Below, in pieces: positions 38,838 through 50,819 of a DNA stretch of 64,000 nucleotides. Under the pieces are notes generated by a model. It was given only the letters and a program-made list of their open reading frames with translations. It did not search any database and was not told where the DNA came from. Each line of letters begins with the position of its first letter. Position 1 is the stretch's first letter. Source of the DNA: Camelus ferus. Lineage: Eukaryota. The position numbers and the translations under genes are program-made. Location of the stretch: the NCBI RefSeq assembly GCF_009834535.1, contig NC_045697.1, positions 46,626,001 to 46,690,000 on the forward strand. Reading direction: 5' to 3'.

Positions 38838-39030
38838 CTACTGGCACAAACTGTATGGGGAAAGCAAATGTCTCATTCTCAGATCCATCTTATAAAATTT
38901 CTCCTTTAAATTACTTGGGAATCATAGCACTTCTGATTTAGATCTATGGCCTTTAATACCCTCAGTGGCATTTTGAGTTGTTTCTGTAGGATACAACAAG
39001 ACTTTTCCTCTGATAAAGTTTTGAGAAAAA
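38838..39030 (+). pseudogene. Candidate pseudo-exon N (phase 2 start; possibly the last exon)
   Basis: Acceptor ctcactgtttgtctttAG. Reads (S)YWHKLYGESKCLILRSIL*NFSFKLLGNHSTSDLDLWPLIPSVAF*VVSVGYNKTFPLIKF*. An alternative phase-2 acceptor lies at 38627. Confidence 0.3.
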
Positions 39031-39699
39031 GGATAGCAATGAAGAAAACTTTAGAAGGGTAAAAGTACAAGAAAGAGAAAGAAATAGTACTTGAGAAGAA
39101 AGGGTCAAATAAGGGATATTCAGGAATAGAAGTTGGAAAGAAAACTGAATAGTAAAACTTTCCATTACTTGCAAAACTTGTGAGAGAAATTTCCCCAAAT
39201 TATTTAATAATTCCCTAATAAAACCAAATTACCAAACTTCGAAAAAGTCAGAATTCTACCCTAATTTTTGCCAGAACATTAAAAAGCTTACATCTTACAA
39301 CTGGCAGGCAAAGAGGGTTTGAACTGGAGTTTCAAAAACTTTTAATATCAATGTGGTACATAAAACATGAGTGAACAACATGCAGAAATTCATCCTGTTT
39401 ACAATACAAAAAATATTCGTAAGTCACAAAAAGAGAGTGATGTCTGAATGTAATGGCTGTTCTAAAGGGGAAGCATTTTTAAAATTTCAAGTATTATTTA
39501 GATGTATTGGACAATGTGGATAGACTAGAATAATAATAAAAGGGTTAATGATCAGTCTAGAACACAAATGTTCTCTGAGAACTGTTCACTGGATACTTAA
39601 CACTTTACTTCCATGTACCAAAATGTGAACATCCTGTAGAAAAAGTGCTTGTGTTTTAGGAGTTGAGCGTGAACTGGAGATCTGCTGGAAACTAGCTTT

Positions 39700-41009
39700 T
39701 TCTTAACTAAACTTTTTATTTTAAAATAATTGTAGATTCACATGCAGTTCTAAGAAATAATTTAGAGAAACCGCATTTACCTTTCCCTAGGTTTTCACAA
39801 TGATTATCTTGAAAAACTAAAATACCACAACCAGGATATTGACAGTGACAGAGTCAAGCTACTACAGAAACTCCCATCACCACAGGACTCTTCATGTTGC
39901 CCTTTTACATCCACACCCACTTCTCTCCCAGCCAATCCCCTCTTTAATTCCTGGTACCACTAACCTGTTTGACATTTCTCTAATTTTATCATTTCAACAA
40001 TATTATATAAATGGGATCATCAAGTAAGTTAACATTTTGGGGTTGGCTTTTTTTCCACGCATCATAATTCTCTGGAGACGTTTCGAGATTGTTGTTGTAA
40101 TGCCATTGCTGAGTCTCGTGGTATGGATATACCACAGTTTATTTAACCACTCATCCATTGAAGGACATTTGGGTTATTTCAATTGTTACGCTATCTTGAA
40201 TAAAGCTCTTATAAACATTAGTGTACAGATTTTTATCTTAGTTTACATTTCTCTGGAATAAATGCCCAGGAGTATAATTGTTGGATTTAATGGCAATTAC
40301 ATGTTTAGTTTTTAAAGAAACTTTTGAACTGTTTTCCAGAGTGGATCTACCATTTTAGACTTACACAAGTAAATATGAGTGACCGAGTTTCTCTGCACCC
40401 CTGTCAGCATTTAGTGTTGTCACAATTTTTTATTTTAGCCATTCTAATTGGTTTGCATGGATATCTCCTTGTGGCTTTAATCTGCATTTCCTTAAAGCTA
40501 ATGAAGTTTAATATATTTTCATGTATTTATTTGTCAACAGGATATCCTCCTCAGGGAGATGACTGTTCATGTCTCTTTCCTGTGTCTTTATAAATTATCT
40601 ATTTTCTGACTTTTGAGTCTCGAGAATTCTTAATGTGTTTTAGATGCAAGTCCTCTGAGCGATACATCACTTTCAAATATTTCTCCTACTCTGTTGCTTG
40701 TACTCTCATCCTCTTAATGGGGTCTTTCACAGATCAAAAGCTCATAATTTTTTGAAGTTCAATTTACCACTTTTTCCTTTTAAGAATCATGATTCTGGTG
40801 TAAAGTCTAAGAATTTTTGGCCTAGCCCAGATCCAAAATATTTTCTCCTGTTTTATTTAAATTTTTATATTTTACCTTTAAATCCATGATCTATTTTAAG
40901 CTAAATGGCAGTTTAGGTATGAGGCTCAGAGTAAAGTTCATTTTTTGGCCTAGGGATTTTCAGTCGCTACAGTACAATTTGTTGAGTTTATCTTTCTTGC
41001 ATTGAATTG
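39700..41009 (-). mobile_element. L1MD-like 3' end and ORF2 end
   Basis: ctttttattttaaaataattgtagattcacatgcagttctaagaaataat is a reversed L1MD terminus; cut off by the MLT1A insertion. Confidence 0.88.
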
Positions 41010-41371
41010 TGCTACAGAATGAATGTTTGTGCTCCCCCCCAAAATTCATATGTTGAAGCCTAATCTTGGATATGATCATATTTGCAGATGAGGTCTTTGG
41101 GAGGTTATTAGGTTATGAGTGTGGAACCTTCACAAATGGCATTTGTGCCCTTATGAAAAAAACCTCAGAGAACTACTTTGCCCCTTCTGCCAATAGAAGA
41201 CACAGTTAGAAAACAACTGTCCATGAACCAAGAAGTTAGCCTCACCAGACACCGAGTCTACTGGCATCTCAAACTTGAACTTCACAGCAACTAGAACTGT
41301 GAGAAATAAATATTTATTAAGTCACTCAGTCCTTGATATCTTTGTTATAGCAACCCAAACGGACCAAGACA
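41010..41371 (+). mobile_element. MLT1A-type MaLR 5' LTR
   Basis: tgctacagaatgaatgtttgtgctcccccccaaaattcatatgttgaagcctaa...tttgttatagcaacccaaacggaccaagaca. Confidence 0.92.
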
Positions 41372-42790
41372 GAAACTGGTACCAGAAGTAGGGTGCTGCT
41401 GTAACAAACAGCCAAAAATGTGGAAGTTTACCCCATTTTGGAACTGTGTAAAGGGTGAAAAGATTTGGAGGTGTGTGCCAAAAAAGCCTACATTCCTAAG
41501 AATGGGCCTTTACAGCTCAGAAAGAAAAGAGGAGAGTTGTAGAAAGCCTCTGTCTTCTTAGAGAACACCTAAGTAATCAGAAGAATGTTGGTAGAAATAT
41601 GAAAGGCAAAGGCCATTCTGATGAGGTCTCAGATGGAAATGAAGAACATGTTATTGGAAACTAGAGGAAAGGTAATACTTATTGTAAAGTGGCAAAGTAC
41701 CTGACTGAGTTGTGCTCCTGTTCTAGCATTTTGTCGAGGGTAGAACTTGGAAGCAATGAAATTGGGTATTTAGCCAAAGTTATTTCTAAACAAAGGATCA
41801 AAATAACTTGGCTCCTCCTGACTCCTTACAGTAAAATACAAGAAGAGATAAATGTTTTAAAGATGGAGTTGTTAAGCAAAAAGAAAGCAGGTCTAAGGAT
41901 TTAGAAAATTCTCAGCTTATCTACACTGTAAAAACTGAGAATATCACGGGTATGGCCAAGTAACTGCTAAGATTAGAATGAATTAGCCAACTCAACAGAA
42001 GCGAAAAGCTATTCTCCGAAACAACAGAAGAATGACTCTGAAGGTGACTGAAGGATAATCAGAGCTGCCACTGTCACCACAGGCCCAGAGTGCCAGGACC
42101 CAAGGGGCAGCATGTGAGACCTCAGCATGTGTGGCCAGGTACTCCCTTACATTGAGGGCTCTGTTCCTTCACCCCAGTGCTCTTCAGTTGCCCAGGTGTG
42201 GCTCCAGCAGGCCTCAGTGCAGAGAGCACCATGGTGGCCACCCTTGCAAAGAACACAGACAGCAAACTCTGGCAGCATCCTTGGAGCACTATCTCCACCA
42301 GTGCATAAAGTGCATGGACTTGGGGGGCATGGTTGCTGTCACCTAAGTTTAAAGGGTGGAACCACCAGAGATGCAATCATGTGACCTCAGCCCAGGAGAA
42401 CCAAAGGGGTGGGATCCCATCAAAGAGCCACTGTGGGACTGGGGCACTGGCACAGAGCTACTATGGAGCTATCCTGCCAAGCTGTTGGTGTTACGTTGCT
42501 ACTCCAGTGACAGAGCATCAGGCCAAGAGGATTGTTCTCATGGCTTAAGGCTTAATGTTGCTTGCCCTGTTAGATTTTGAACTTATTAAGGGCCCATTAC
42601 CCCTTTCTTCTTTTCTATTTGCCCCTTTGGGAATGGAAATGTCTATCTAACGCCTGTTCCACCATCGTATTTTGGAAGTACATAACTTGTTTGGTCTCAC
42701 AGGTTCATAGCTGGAAAGGAATTTGCCTTAGGATGAACATTTTGAATCCTATCCACACCTGATTTAAATGATATTTACATGAGACTTTGG
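41372..42790 (+). mobile_element. MLT1A internal (MaLR-int) sequence, 3'-truncated
   Basis: Begins gaaactggtaccagaagtagggtgctgctgtaac directly after the LTR; contains attctgatgaggtctcagatggaaatgaagaacatgttattggaaac. Confidence 0.88.
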
Positions 42791-43399
42791 GGAGTTAGGG
42801 TACCTTGCTACACCTTGACAAGAGTGGAAGTCTAGGCTCTCCATGCGACTTTTGCTATTATGGGTGGGGTAAGGCCACATTTTTTCCTGTTTAGCTAGAG
42901 TAGAGCAGTAACTGTCTAAAAGATTTCCGCATTCCTAGTCTGCACCTTTCCTGGTCCTTTAACTAGAGAGAAGACTTTTTGTTGCTATTTTTTATCTTCT
43001 CTCATTTGTGTTTCTTGGATATATGAGGCAAAAACAAAACAGATCTTTTCACTCTTTACACGGTTCCAAAACTGGGTAAATTTCCACATTCTTGCCTTAC
43101 TTTAGTGGAAGAGGGAATGCACTATAAAAAACTCGTGGAGTAAAAGTCAAGTGTGATCGGGGGTTGCCTCCTGCTTTTGTGCAAACTGTCTTATGTTTAG
43201 CAAGCCATAGAGTATTCTCCTTACCTTAGGTAAAATGAGACAGATGATAACAACAACAACAACAAAACAATAACTGCTACATAGACAATGGTCTGCCTGC
43301 CTTATAAGCCTTAGTTCTGAAATTCTAGTTGTGGGCCACTGTTAAGAGCACCCCATTGGTAGTTCTCTTATTTGTTAGATGTTTCTAAAACAGTATCTT

Positions 43400-43409
43400 T
43401 TTCTTTTTC

Positions 43410-43446
<37 letters not shown>

Positions 43447-43567
43447 TTTTTGTGGGGGCAGGTAACTAGGTTTATTTATTTATTCTTAGAGGAGGTACTG
43501 GGGATTGAACCCAGGACCTCATGCATGCTAAGCATGCAGTCTACCATTTGAGCTATATCCTCCCCAC
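43400..43567 (-). mobile_element. tRNA-Ala-derived SINE (camelid Vic-1 type) with poly(A)/(GAAAA)n tail and 15-bp TSD
   Basis: Reverse complement ggggaggatatagctcaaatggtagactgcatgcttagcatgcatgaggtcctgggttcaatccccagtacctcc. TSD ctaaaacagtatctt (43385-43399) / ctaaaatagcatctt (43568-43582). Confidence 0.95.
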
Positions 43568-43799
43568 CTAAAATAGCATCTTGATCCTTAAAAAAAAGTT
43601 TCATAAAAGTATTGTCACTAACACATTGTAAATTCACATTCCCAGTTATAACCATTGGCTGTCTGTCTTCAAATAGCTGGCTCTCCGTTTTTCTTTCCTT
43701 GTGCATTCCTACACTTATTTTCATAAGGTAAACATATTCTTTATTTCTCAAAATGATCCTTGCCCCTCTTCTATAAACAAACAACTCTTAGAAGATAAT

Positions 43800-44135
43800 T
43801 GCTAGGGACTGAATGTGCTCCCACCCTCACCAAATTCATATGTTGAAACCTAATCCCTATTGTGATGGCATCTGGAGGTGGGGCCTCTGGGAGGTGATTA
43901 AGTCATGAGGGTGGAGCCCTCATGACTATGATTAGTGCCCTTATAAAAGCAGCCCCAGAGAGCTCCCTCTCTGCTTCCTCCAGGTGAGGTTATAGTGTCC
44001 AGGAAGCAGGTCTTCACCAGACACTGAATTCACCAGTCCCATGATCTTGGACTTCCCAGCACTGTATAAATGTTGATTGTTTATAAGCCACCCAGTTTAT
44101 AGTATTTTGTTATAGCAGCCCAATAGATGAAGACA
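43800..44135 (+). mobile_element. MLT1A-type solo LTR
   Basis: tgctagggactgaatgtg...caaattcatatgttgaaacctaatcc...ttgttatagcagcccaatagatgaagaca. Confidence 0.92.
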
Positions 44136-46072
44136 ATATAGACAATGGAGAAATGATTGTTAAACTGAACTAAATCAGGGTCTACAGCAGTATAAGGTGG
44201 TATCATCAGTATATCAAAATGACTAAGTTAAACACAAAATAAACTACAAAGCTTCCCTCATGCCTAAATCTATTTTCCTTTTCACTCATCCATCCTTCTC
44301 ACCAAAATATTTTGAGAATGAGACAATTTAAAAATTGAAAGCAAACTTATATACCTAAAAATTTTGTTTCCTGTCATTATGGAGAAATTAAGCTAAAGTA
44401 AGTAATTGGCAGCATTTTAAAAGCTGCTACTTTCTAAATGCTTTGTTATTTCTACGTATCTATATATAGAAATGTATTAAATTCCTGTATTTTAAGGAAA
44501 AAAAAAAGATTCAACCTAGCAATGTTGCAGAGGGCAAGACACACCCAGACTTAACACTCATTGATTATTCTAAGTACATCAGTGATCGTCTCTGTATGGC
44601 CTTGTGGAAACACAGTATTTGAATGTAATAAAAGTGTAAGTGTTCAGTTCAGGTGTCTCTTTTTGGCCTGTATTTCTCACATATAAGAAGAAAAACTCAT
44701 TCTTTTTTACTCTGAGTAAATATATTTTTTTCTGTCTTTGACATTGTAAGAAAAGAGACTGTAACTCAACCAGAGGAATGTGCGTATTACTAATATTATA
44801 CTAAGTTGATCATTTTTCTAGAACAAAATGAACTGTATATCCAATTCTTCTCAAACTTTCACGCTTATTTCAGTGGGTGTCACTGTAAGATGAGAAAGCC
44901 TGTCAACACTAACTTCTTCTTAAACAGGAACACTAAGGATGCTCCTTTCTGGTTGAAAATGTGGATTTCTGAGCTGTCTTCTTCCCTTGGCCCCCACCCT
45001 CCAACACAGAACATGCCTAACATCAGACCCTTATTCCTGAGTCTTTTCCCACCTCATTCACCTGACAGCCTTCTCCACAACAGACATCTTATCAGACGTG
45101 ACTGATTGCTGTAATCTGTACTCCGGGCAGCCATTAAGCAAATTACCTGAATCATTGCAAGGATTAGTCTCATTAACACATGATTAGCATCAAATTAAAA
45201 TAATGAGTGTTTAACTTCTGATGTCTTCCAGTTGTTTGAACAGCTTGATCAGCCACACCAGGCTGGCAGGGAGGTGGGGGTGTCAAAGAGCCATAGAAAA
45301 AAAGGGAGGCTGCACTGTGCAAGACATAGTAGAGCTAGCCAGCAGAATGAAGCAAGATCAGACTCAAACTGTGTGGTTGAAAAGTTCCCTCCAAACAGCA
45401 AAAATGCTGGGTCCAAAAAAGAGGTTTTTCTCTCTTTCTCACTGATACTGCCAGCCATTCATCCGGAGCAAGGCTTTACATACTAATAGTGCACCATCTT
45501 ACCCCTTCCACAGCCTGGATATCATTTCTATAGGGTTTCCCTTTCCCAGAAAGCATGAAATGCAGCTTTTCTTCTTCCTTTTCCAAATTTTATCAGACTT
45601 AAGAATAAGATTCCAAAAGTGCTGGAATTACAGTAGATTGAAGATCTCAGCACAGTTCCCATATTTTTCCTTGGAAATGACTAACCAAATAGCAAAACAA
45701 GAGAAAGCTTACATAATCTCTGGAAATTGTGAAGAGCATCATTCACATGTAGAGAATGAAAAGAATCTCTGCTAGATCTTACACTCATACAGAAGATGTG
45801 TTGGAAGCCTAGAGAACCAACTCACTACTTTCCTCCCCATAAAATATCAGCATTTGAGAAAAGTAGGTGGACAGGTCACAGTGGCCCTTCAACTCCAAGA
45901 CAAATGGTGAATTATCTGTCAAGTAGATAGGTAAGACAACCAGAGAGCCTGCATGGTGATCAGTCTCCCTGCATAAGCATGTGAGTGAAATAAGCAAAGA
46001 GCTGCTGCGATAAATTCCTCTACCATCCCGTGAAAAAGATTAACATGAGGAGTACAGTATTATGAAACTAAC

Positions 46073-46566
46073 TGAAGAAACCAGAATATGTCACCCCAAA
46101 ACACACCTCTTTGACATAAAAATTCTTTTGAGCCGAAGGCAATTAAGAAAAAGCAAATGCAAGAAAAGCTCTCTTTACCCTCCCGTTTCTGCCTGAAGAC
46201 AGGCTATATATTTTCCTCCACTGGGGGATGGGGGACTTGACCATTAGCCCAGAGACGACACGAGAGAAATCTACAAACAAATTTTACACCTTTAGTTTCC
46301 TCCCATACAGTTACCTTCCCATAGTCTGCAACTCTTAGAAGCCCAAAACCACTTTCCTTCATCCTGTCACTTCTCTACAAATTTATTGTTCTTGGTTGAA
46401 GATTCTATGTAAGCTAGAATTCTAAGCCACGTCTTTGAGTTACTCATCTCTGGGTACTCTAACCTGTTACATGCATGATACATACCAATAAACTTGTTTT
46501 TCTTTTGTTATATGGTCCCCCATTAAGATGCTAAAATAAGTAAAGGAAAATTTTTCCTCCCCTATA
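46073..46566 (+). mobile_element. ERV1 solo LTR (MER34-like)
   Basis: tgaagaaaccagaatatgtcaccccaaaa...ttttgagccgaaggcaatt...aataaacttg...ttttcctcccctata. Confidence 0.85.
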
Positions 46567-46864
46567 GAACAATCTAAGATCAGGAAAAAGTGTGAAAATT
46601 ACTACTGCTAATGGAAACACTCACAGTTAGGTATACAGTTCTCAGTCATATGACCTCGTAACCTCATGAAGCATAAAGAGACAAAAAGTAGAATGAATTC
46701 AGATTAGACTTTTTCTAAAATTAAATGCTAAGAAAATTGCTTACAGAGTTTTGTGGGGAAAAGAATGAGATTCAAGGCTCATAGGCCCATAAAAGGTATT
46801 TTCTGATATGTTAGACTCACAGGCAACGTCACCCAAAATTCTTTGTGAAAAAAAATTATTTAAC

Positions 46865-47095
46865 TAAATTGGGAGTTTGGGGTTAACATATACACACTGC
46901 TATATATAAAATAAACAACAAGGACCTACTGTATAGCACAGGGAACTACATTCAATATCTTGTAATAATCTATAATGCAAAAGAACCTGAAAAATTTTAT
47001 ACACACACACACACACACACACACAACTGAATCACTGCTGTACACCTGAGACTAACACAACATTGTAAATCAACTATATTTCAATAAAAAGAAAA
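46865..47095 (+). mobile_element. Artiodactyl-type L1 3' end containing (CA)n at 47001-47025
   Basis: aacaacaaggacctactgtatagcacagggaactacattcaatatcttgtaataa...ctgtacacctgagactaacacaacattgtaaatcaactata. Confidence 0.92.
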
Positions 47096-47099
47096 ACTG

Positions 47100-50000
47100 T
47101 ATGTACTTAAATCAACTAAGAAATAAATACAAATAACTCAGAATATAGAGTTGTTAGAATTTAAACATAGTACTATCAAGATAAAACGCATAATACTGAA
47201 CTAACATTTAATAATAAACTAGACTTGAGATTTGAGACAGTATCAGGAAAATCATAATATAAGGCATAAATAGAAACTAGAAAAACATGCTAAATGTATC
47301 ATCTGAGCTGGAAGGGTGTGAATGATAATAGCTACTATTTTATTCTGTTCTTTGATGATGATAGTAAAATGAATTCAGGTAAATTTTAAAACACTTAGAA
47401 TTAGGAAACTACGCTTTCTGTGAATGCATCCCAATCTCTAAAGAAAAAATAAATTTAAATGCAATATATACAATTGATAATAGGTAGAAAGGAGACAGAA
47501 ACAAAACAGAAATCTTTGACAAGATAAAAAGTAAGAATAATAGCATCATCATAATTAATGTAAAAGGGGTTAGCAGCTCAATTAAAAATAAAGACACTCA
47601 AATTGAAAGGTTTTTTTCTACATCTTAATTTAACAGAAAAGGATCAAAGCATAAGTGGTAAGAAATACTAATTATACTAAAATTTTTAAATGGGTAAAGT
47701 ATATTATATAAATACAAAGAAATCAAGAGGAGCAATAATAATATAAAATACAAAATTCAAGATAAAAATTGGCAGAATTAAAAAAAGCTGAATAATAAGG
47801 CTGCAAAAACTATAAGGCAAAAATTATTTGAATGTTTTAGTACAAATAAGATGAGACATGGTAAAAGTCTTTAATATTAAAATTTGAGTCTCAGATAAAC
47901 TAAATAAGCATTAACATGTTCCAAACGGATACATACAAATCACTGCCACAGATAACAATTTAATTAAGTTATAAATTAATTTTTTTTAATTAAACAAAAA
48001 TATCAAACCATTTCAAGATTTTTAAAAGGCAAACTCCTAAAGAACTCTTAGATGGAAGAGACATACAATGCAGTTATTAAACATATTTCAAAAAATAATG
48101 TCTATGCTAATGACATATAGCTAAAACTATATTCATAGTAAAACTCCTAGTCATAAATGAATATAATATTGTTCAAGAAAGACTAGAAACAAATGGAAAA
48201 TTCAACATCAAAAACTAGACAAATAATAAGACAGGTCTCAATAATGCAGAAAAAAACTTAACACTCCATAAAGGTGAAATTTTAAAAACTCAGTGAAACT
48301 GAAATTTAATTATTAACAAAGATAAAAATAATAGATGAGAAAAAGAGAAAAAAGTAGACTTTATCAATAAACCCAACAGCTATATCCTTTAAGAGTTAAT
48401 AAAGCAGACTGCCATAAGGTTATGAGAGAGAGAAAAAGAGAGAAAGGGAATATAACAATCCACAAAACCTGGAATAATAACTGAAATATAAGTGTAAATA
48501 TAATAGAAATTTAAAAATTAAAAGATAACTTTTTTATAACTTTATGGAAATAAATATAAATTTCTGGATAAAACAGATTATTTTCTAGGAAAAGTATAAG
48601 ATAAAATTAATTCAGAGAAACAATATGGAAATCAATAAAGAACTGAAAAGCTTATTCAAAAATTTACTCCAAATACTCAAGCTTACTAACAATTAAAGAA
48701 GGTTAAGTAGAAACATGTTATATCATTTTCACCCATAAAATGTCAACTTTTTTTGTTTTTAATTGTTAATGTCTAGTAATTATGAGCAGTAAGTAAATAG
48801 GCCAGCTGAAGTATAAATTAGTACATATTTTTATACACATTTTTGAAACATTTATCAAAAGCAAATGAAAAATGATCTACCAATTTTACTTCTGAACGTT
48901 TATTATACTATATGAATAGTTGAGTAAAGCGTGACTTTCAAGAGTTTTCTCTGCATTATCTATACTATCAAAATGAAAACAACAGTATTTTTTAAAACTA
49001 TGGTATATTCATACAGTGGAATTATTATACACACATGTAATGTTATAGCTGAATATTCAAGACATGGATACTGAATTAAAGAATATTTTTCCTATTTAAA
49101 ATACATATATATAAATACATTAATTTATTATATACTTAATTGTACCTACACTGTGCCAGGGATTGTTCCATGTAAGAGGCACAGCAATTAACAACACAGA
49201 AAGTGATTTGCCCTTCAAGGAGCATCTTACTGATTTAAATAGATGATGATGAAAACAGATAGGTGAAAAGTAGACAGACAGATAACAGATACATGCATAC
49301 ATACAGGGACAGACAGATGTGGAGTATAGAAGTATAACATCTCTGAGAAATTATCTAAGAAATTCTTTCCGATAACTTCTGGTGTCCCCACAGCATATTC
49401 ACACATAGAAGCTGAGACAGCGACGGCTTTCTTTGAGTGTGAAGACATAGCAGAGAACAAAAACTCACTGCTAAACCTTGGCTTTCAGAACACATTTGAA
49501 AGAAGCACTAGTCTCAAAAGCCAGACTTCCAATAGCAAGCACCTCTAGCACCTAAGGACTCAATGGTTTTTATTTTCACTTCTTCCATTTCTCACTTAAT
49601 ATTGATAACCAGATTTGGGAGAGCCGAAATCACTAAGGTTTATTTTTTTATTTGTTTATCATAGCCAAAGAGAAACAGCAGGATGAGTAGCATGAGTAAG
49701 TAAAAACTATTTCCTACATTCAGGCCAGGAATTGGAAAAAGAGGCAAGCCAGAGCATTTAGATGCTAGAATAGGGGCCTTCTCCTTGGTACCCTCCTGGG
49801 GACAAAAACATGTGTCTGCATATGTGAGTGTGTGTGTGTGTGCACATGCACATGTATGCACACATATGTGGATAAAGAAAGACATCCAAATAAATCTGGA
49901 AATCCCAGAGCATAAAGGACATGGGCCTCACCTCCCATCTTGGAGAAGATTACATAGAAGAGGGCCTTCTGTAGACTAAAAATAGCAGCATGGCAATTTT

Positions 50001-50760
50001 ACACAAGTTGAAGGCAGTCCTTGACTTCAGGAAACATAAAAGAGATATGAAAAATGTTGTATCCCCTTTAGTATTGGTGCAGAAGACATGTGAGAATTAA
50101 CTGACAGTAGGTATGCCATGAACATCTTGCAGTATGGCAGCATGAGCGTCACCCAGTGACAGAAACAGTGGGGTGGACAGTCCAGAGCTGGGCTTCAGCG
50201 GCATTTCTGACTGATCTCAAAAGATAAGTACAACAATAAAAAGGAGAGTAGCAGTCACATCAGAAAAGAGGCACCACACAGAGAGAGCCAACTGCAAATT
50301 ACACCAGCCATAGACATTTCAAAGCAAAACCCAGTAAGAACCATGGAACACCACATGGAATGGTCATTTCCCATTTCTCATATCAAATACCATAGTGATA
50401 CATAGATACAGTTTCGGTCCTCAGACACCTTCTCAGAAATGCAAAAAGAAAGAAAACAACCTATGAACTGGAGGAAAGTTCTGATAGAGAGTTTCAACTT
50501 TGAATTAACTGAACTTTCAATTACTAAGTTCACCCAGTAACTTCCTGAAAGAGACAAAAAGAAACTTGAAATGCTTGAATTATGTTTTATTGACAAGATT
50601 AACTTTCTGTGACTATTACCCTCACTATGCCATAGCAGAAATGGGGGCTTATGAGCAAATCAAATCCAGTTCACAGAAAAAAATAAGAAAATTACATTTC
50701 TACACTTCAATGATTGTAATACTGTACATTAAAGTTGTAGATATTCCAGCATGCTATTAA
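47100..50760 (+). mobile_element. Highly decayed old L1 (ORF2 remnants; L1MC4/5-like 3' UTR from ~49250) with a small L2 insert at ~49120-49230
   Basis: A-rich ORF2-like text (aatgtaaaaggggttagcagctcaattaaaa; tatggtatattcatacagtggaattattatac) and ccaatagcaagcacctctagcacc. Confidence 0.65.
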
Positions 50761-50819
50761 CTTTCTATTTCAATTGATGAAATTGCCAAGATTCCATGGA
50801 ACCAGGAAAGAATAATTAT

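Larger units (their letters stand above)
25..39030 (+). pseudogene. Intron-containing degraded gene, putative two-domain glycosyltransferase (GT8-like + GT34-like + unknown C-terminal region); 5' part lies upstream of the window
   Basis: Series of AG...GT-flanked segments in non-repeat DNA whose intron phases mostly chain (0/2, 2/2, 2/1, 1/2, 2/1, 1/1, 1/1, 1/0, 0/0, 0/0, 0/0, 0/2, 2/-). The joined translation shows GT-A-fold motifs in the expected order, with many in-frame stops and several frameshifts. Reconstructed by eye. Confidence 0.75.

Noticed and set aside
43495..43567. tRNA-Ala gene
   Set aside because: Followed by a SINE tail, poly(A) and TSD, so it is the SINE head and not a tRNA gene.
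49330..49550. Open + frame (YNISEKLSKKFFPITSGVP...)
   Set aside because: Lies within L1MC4/5-like 3' UTR sequence.
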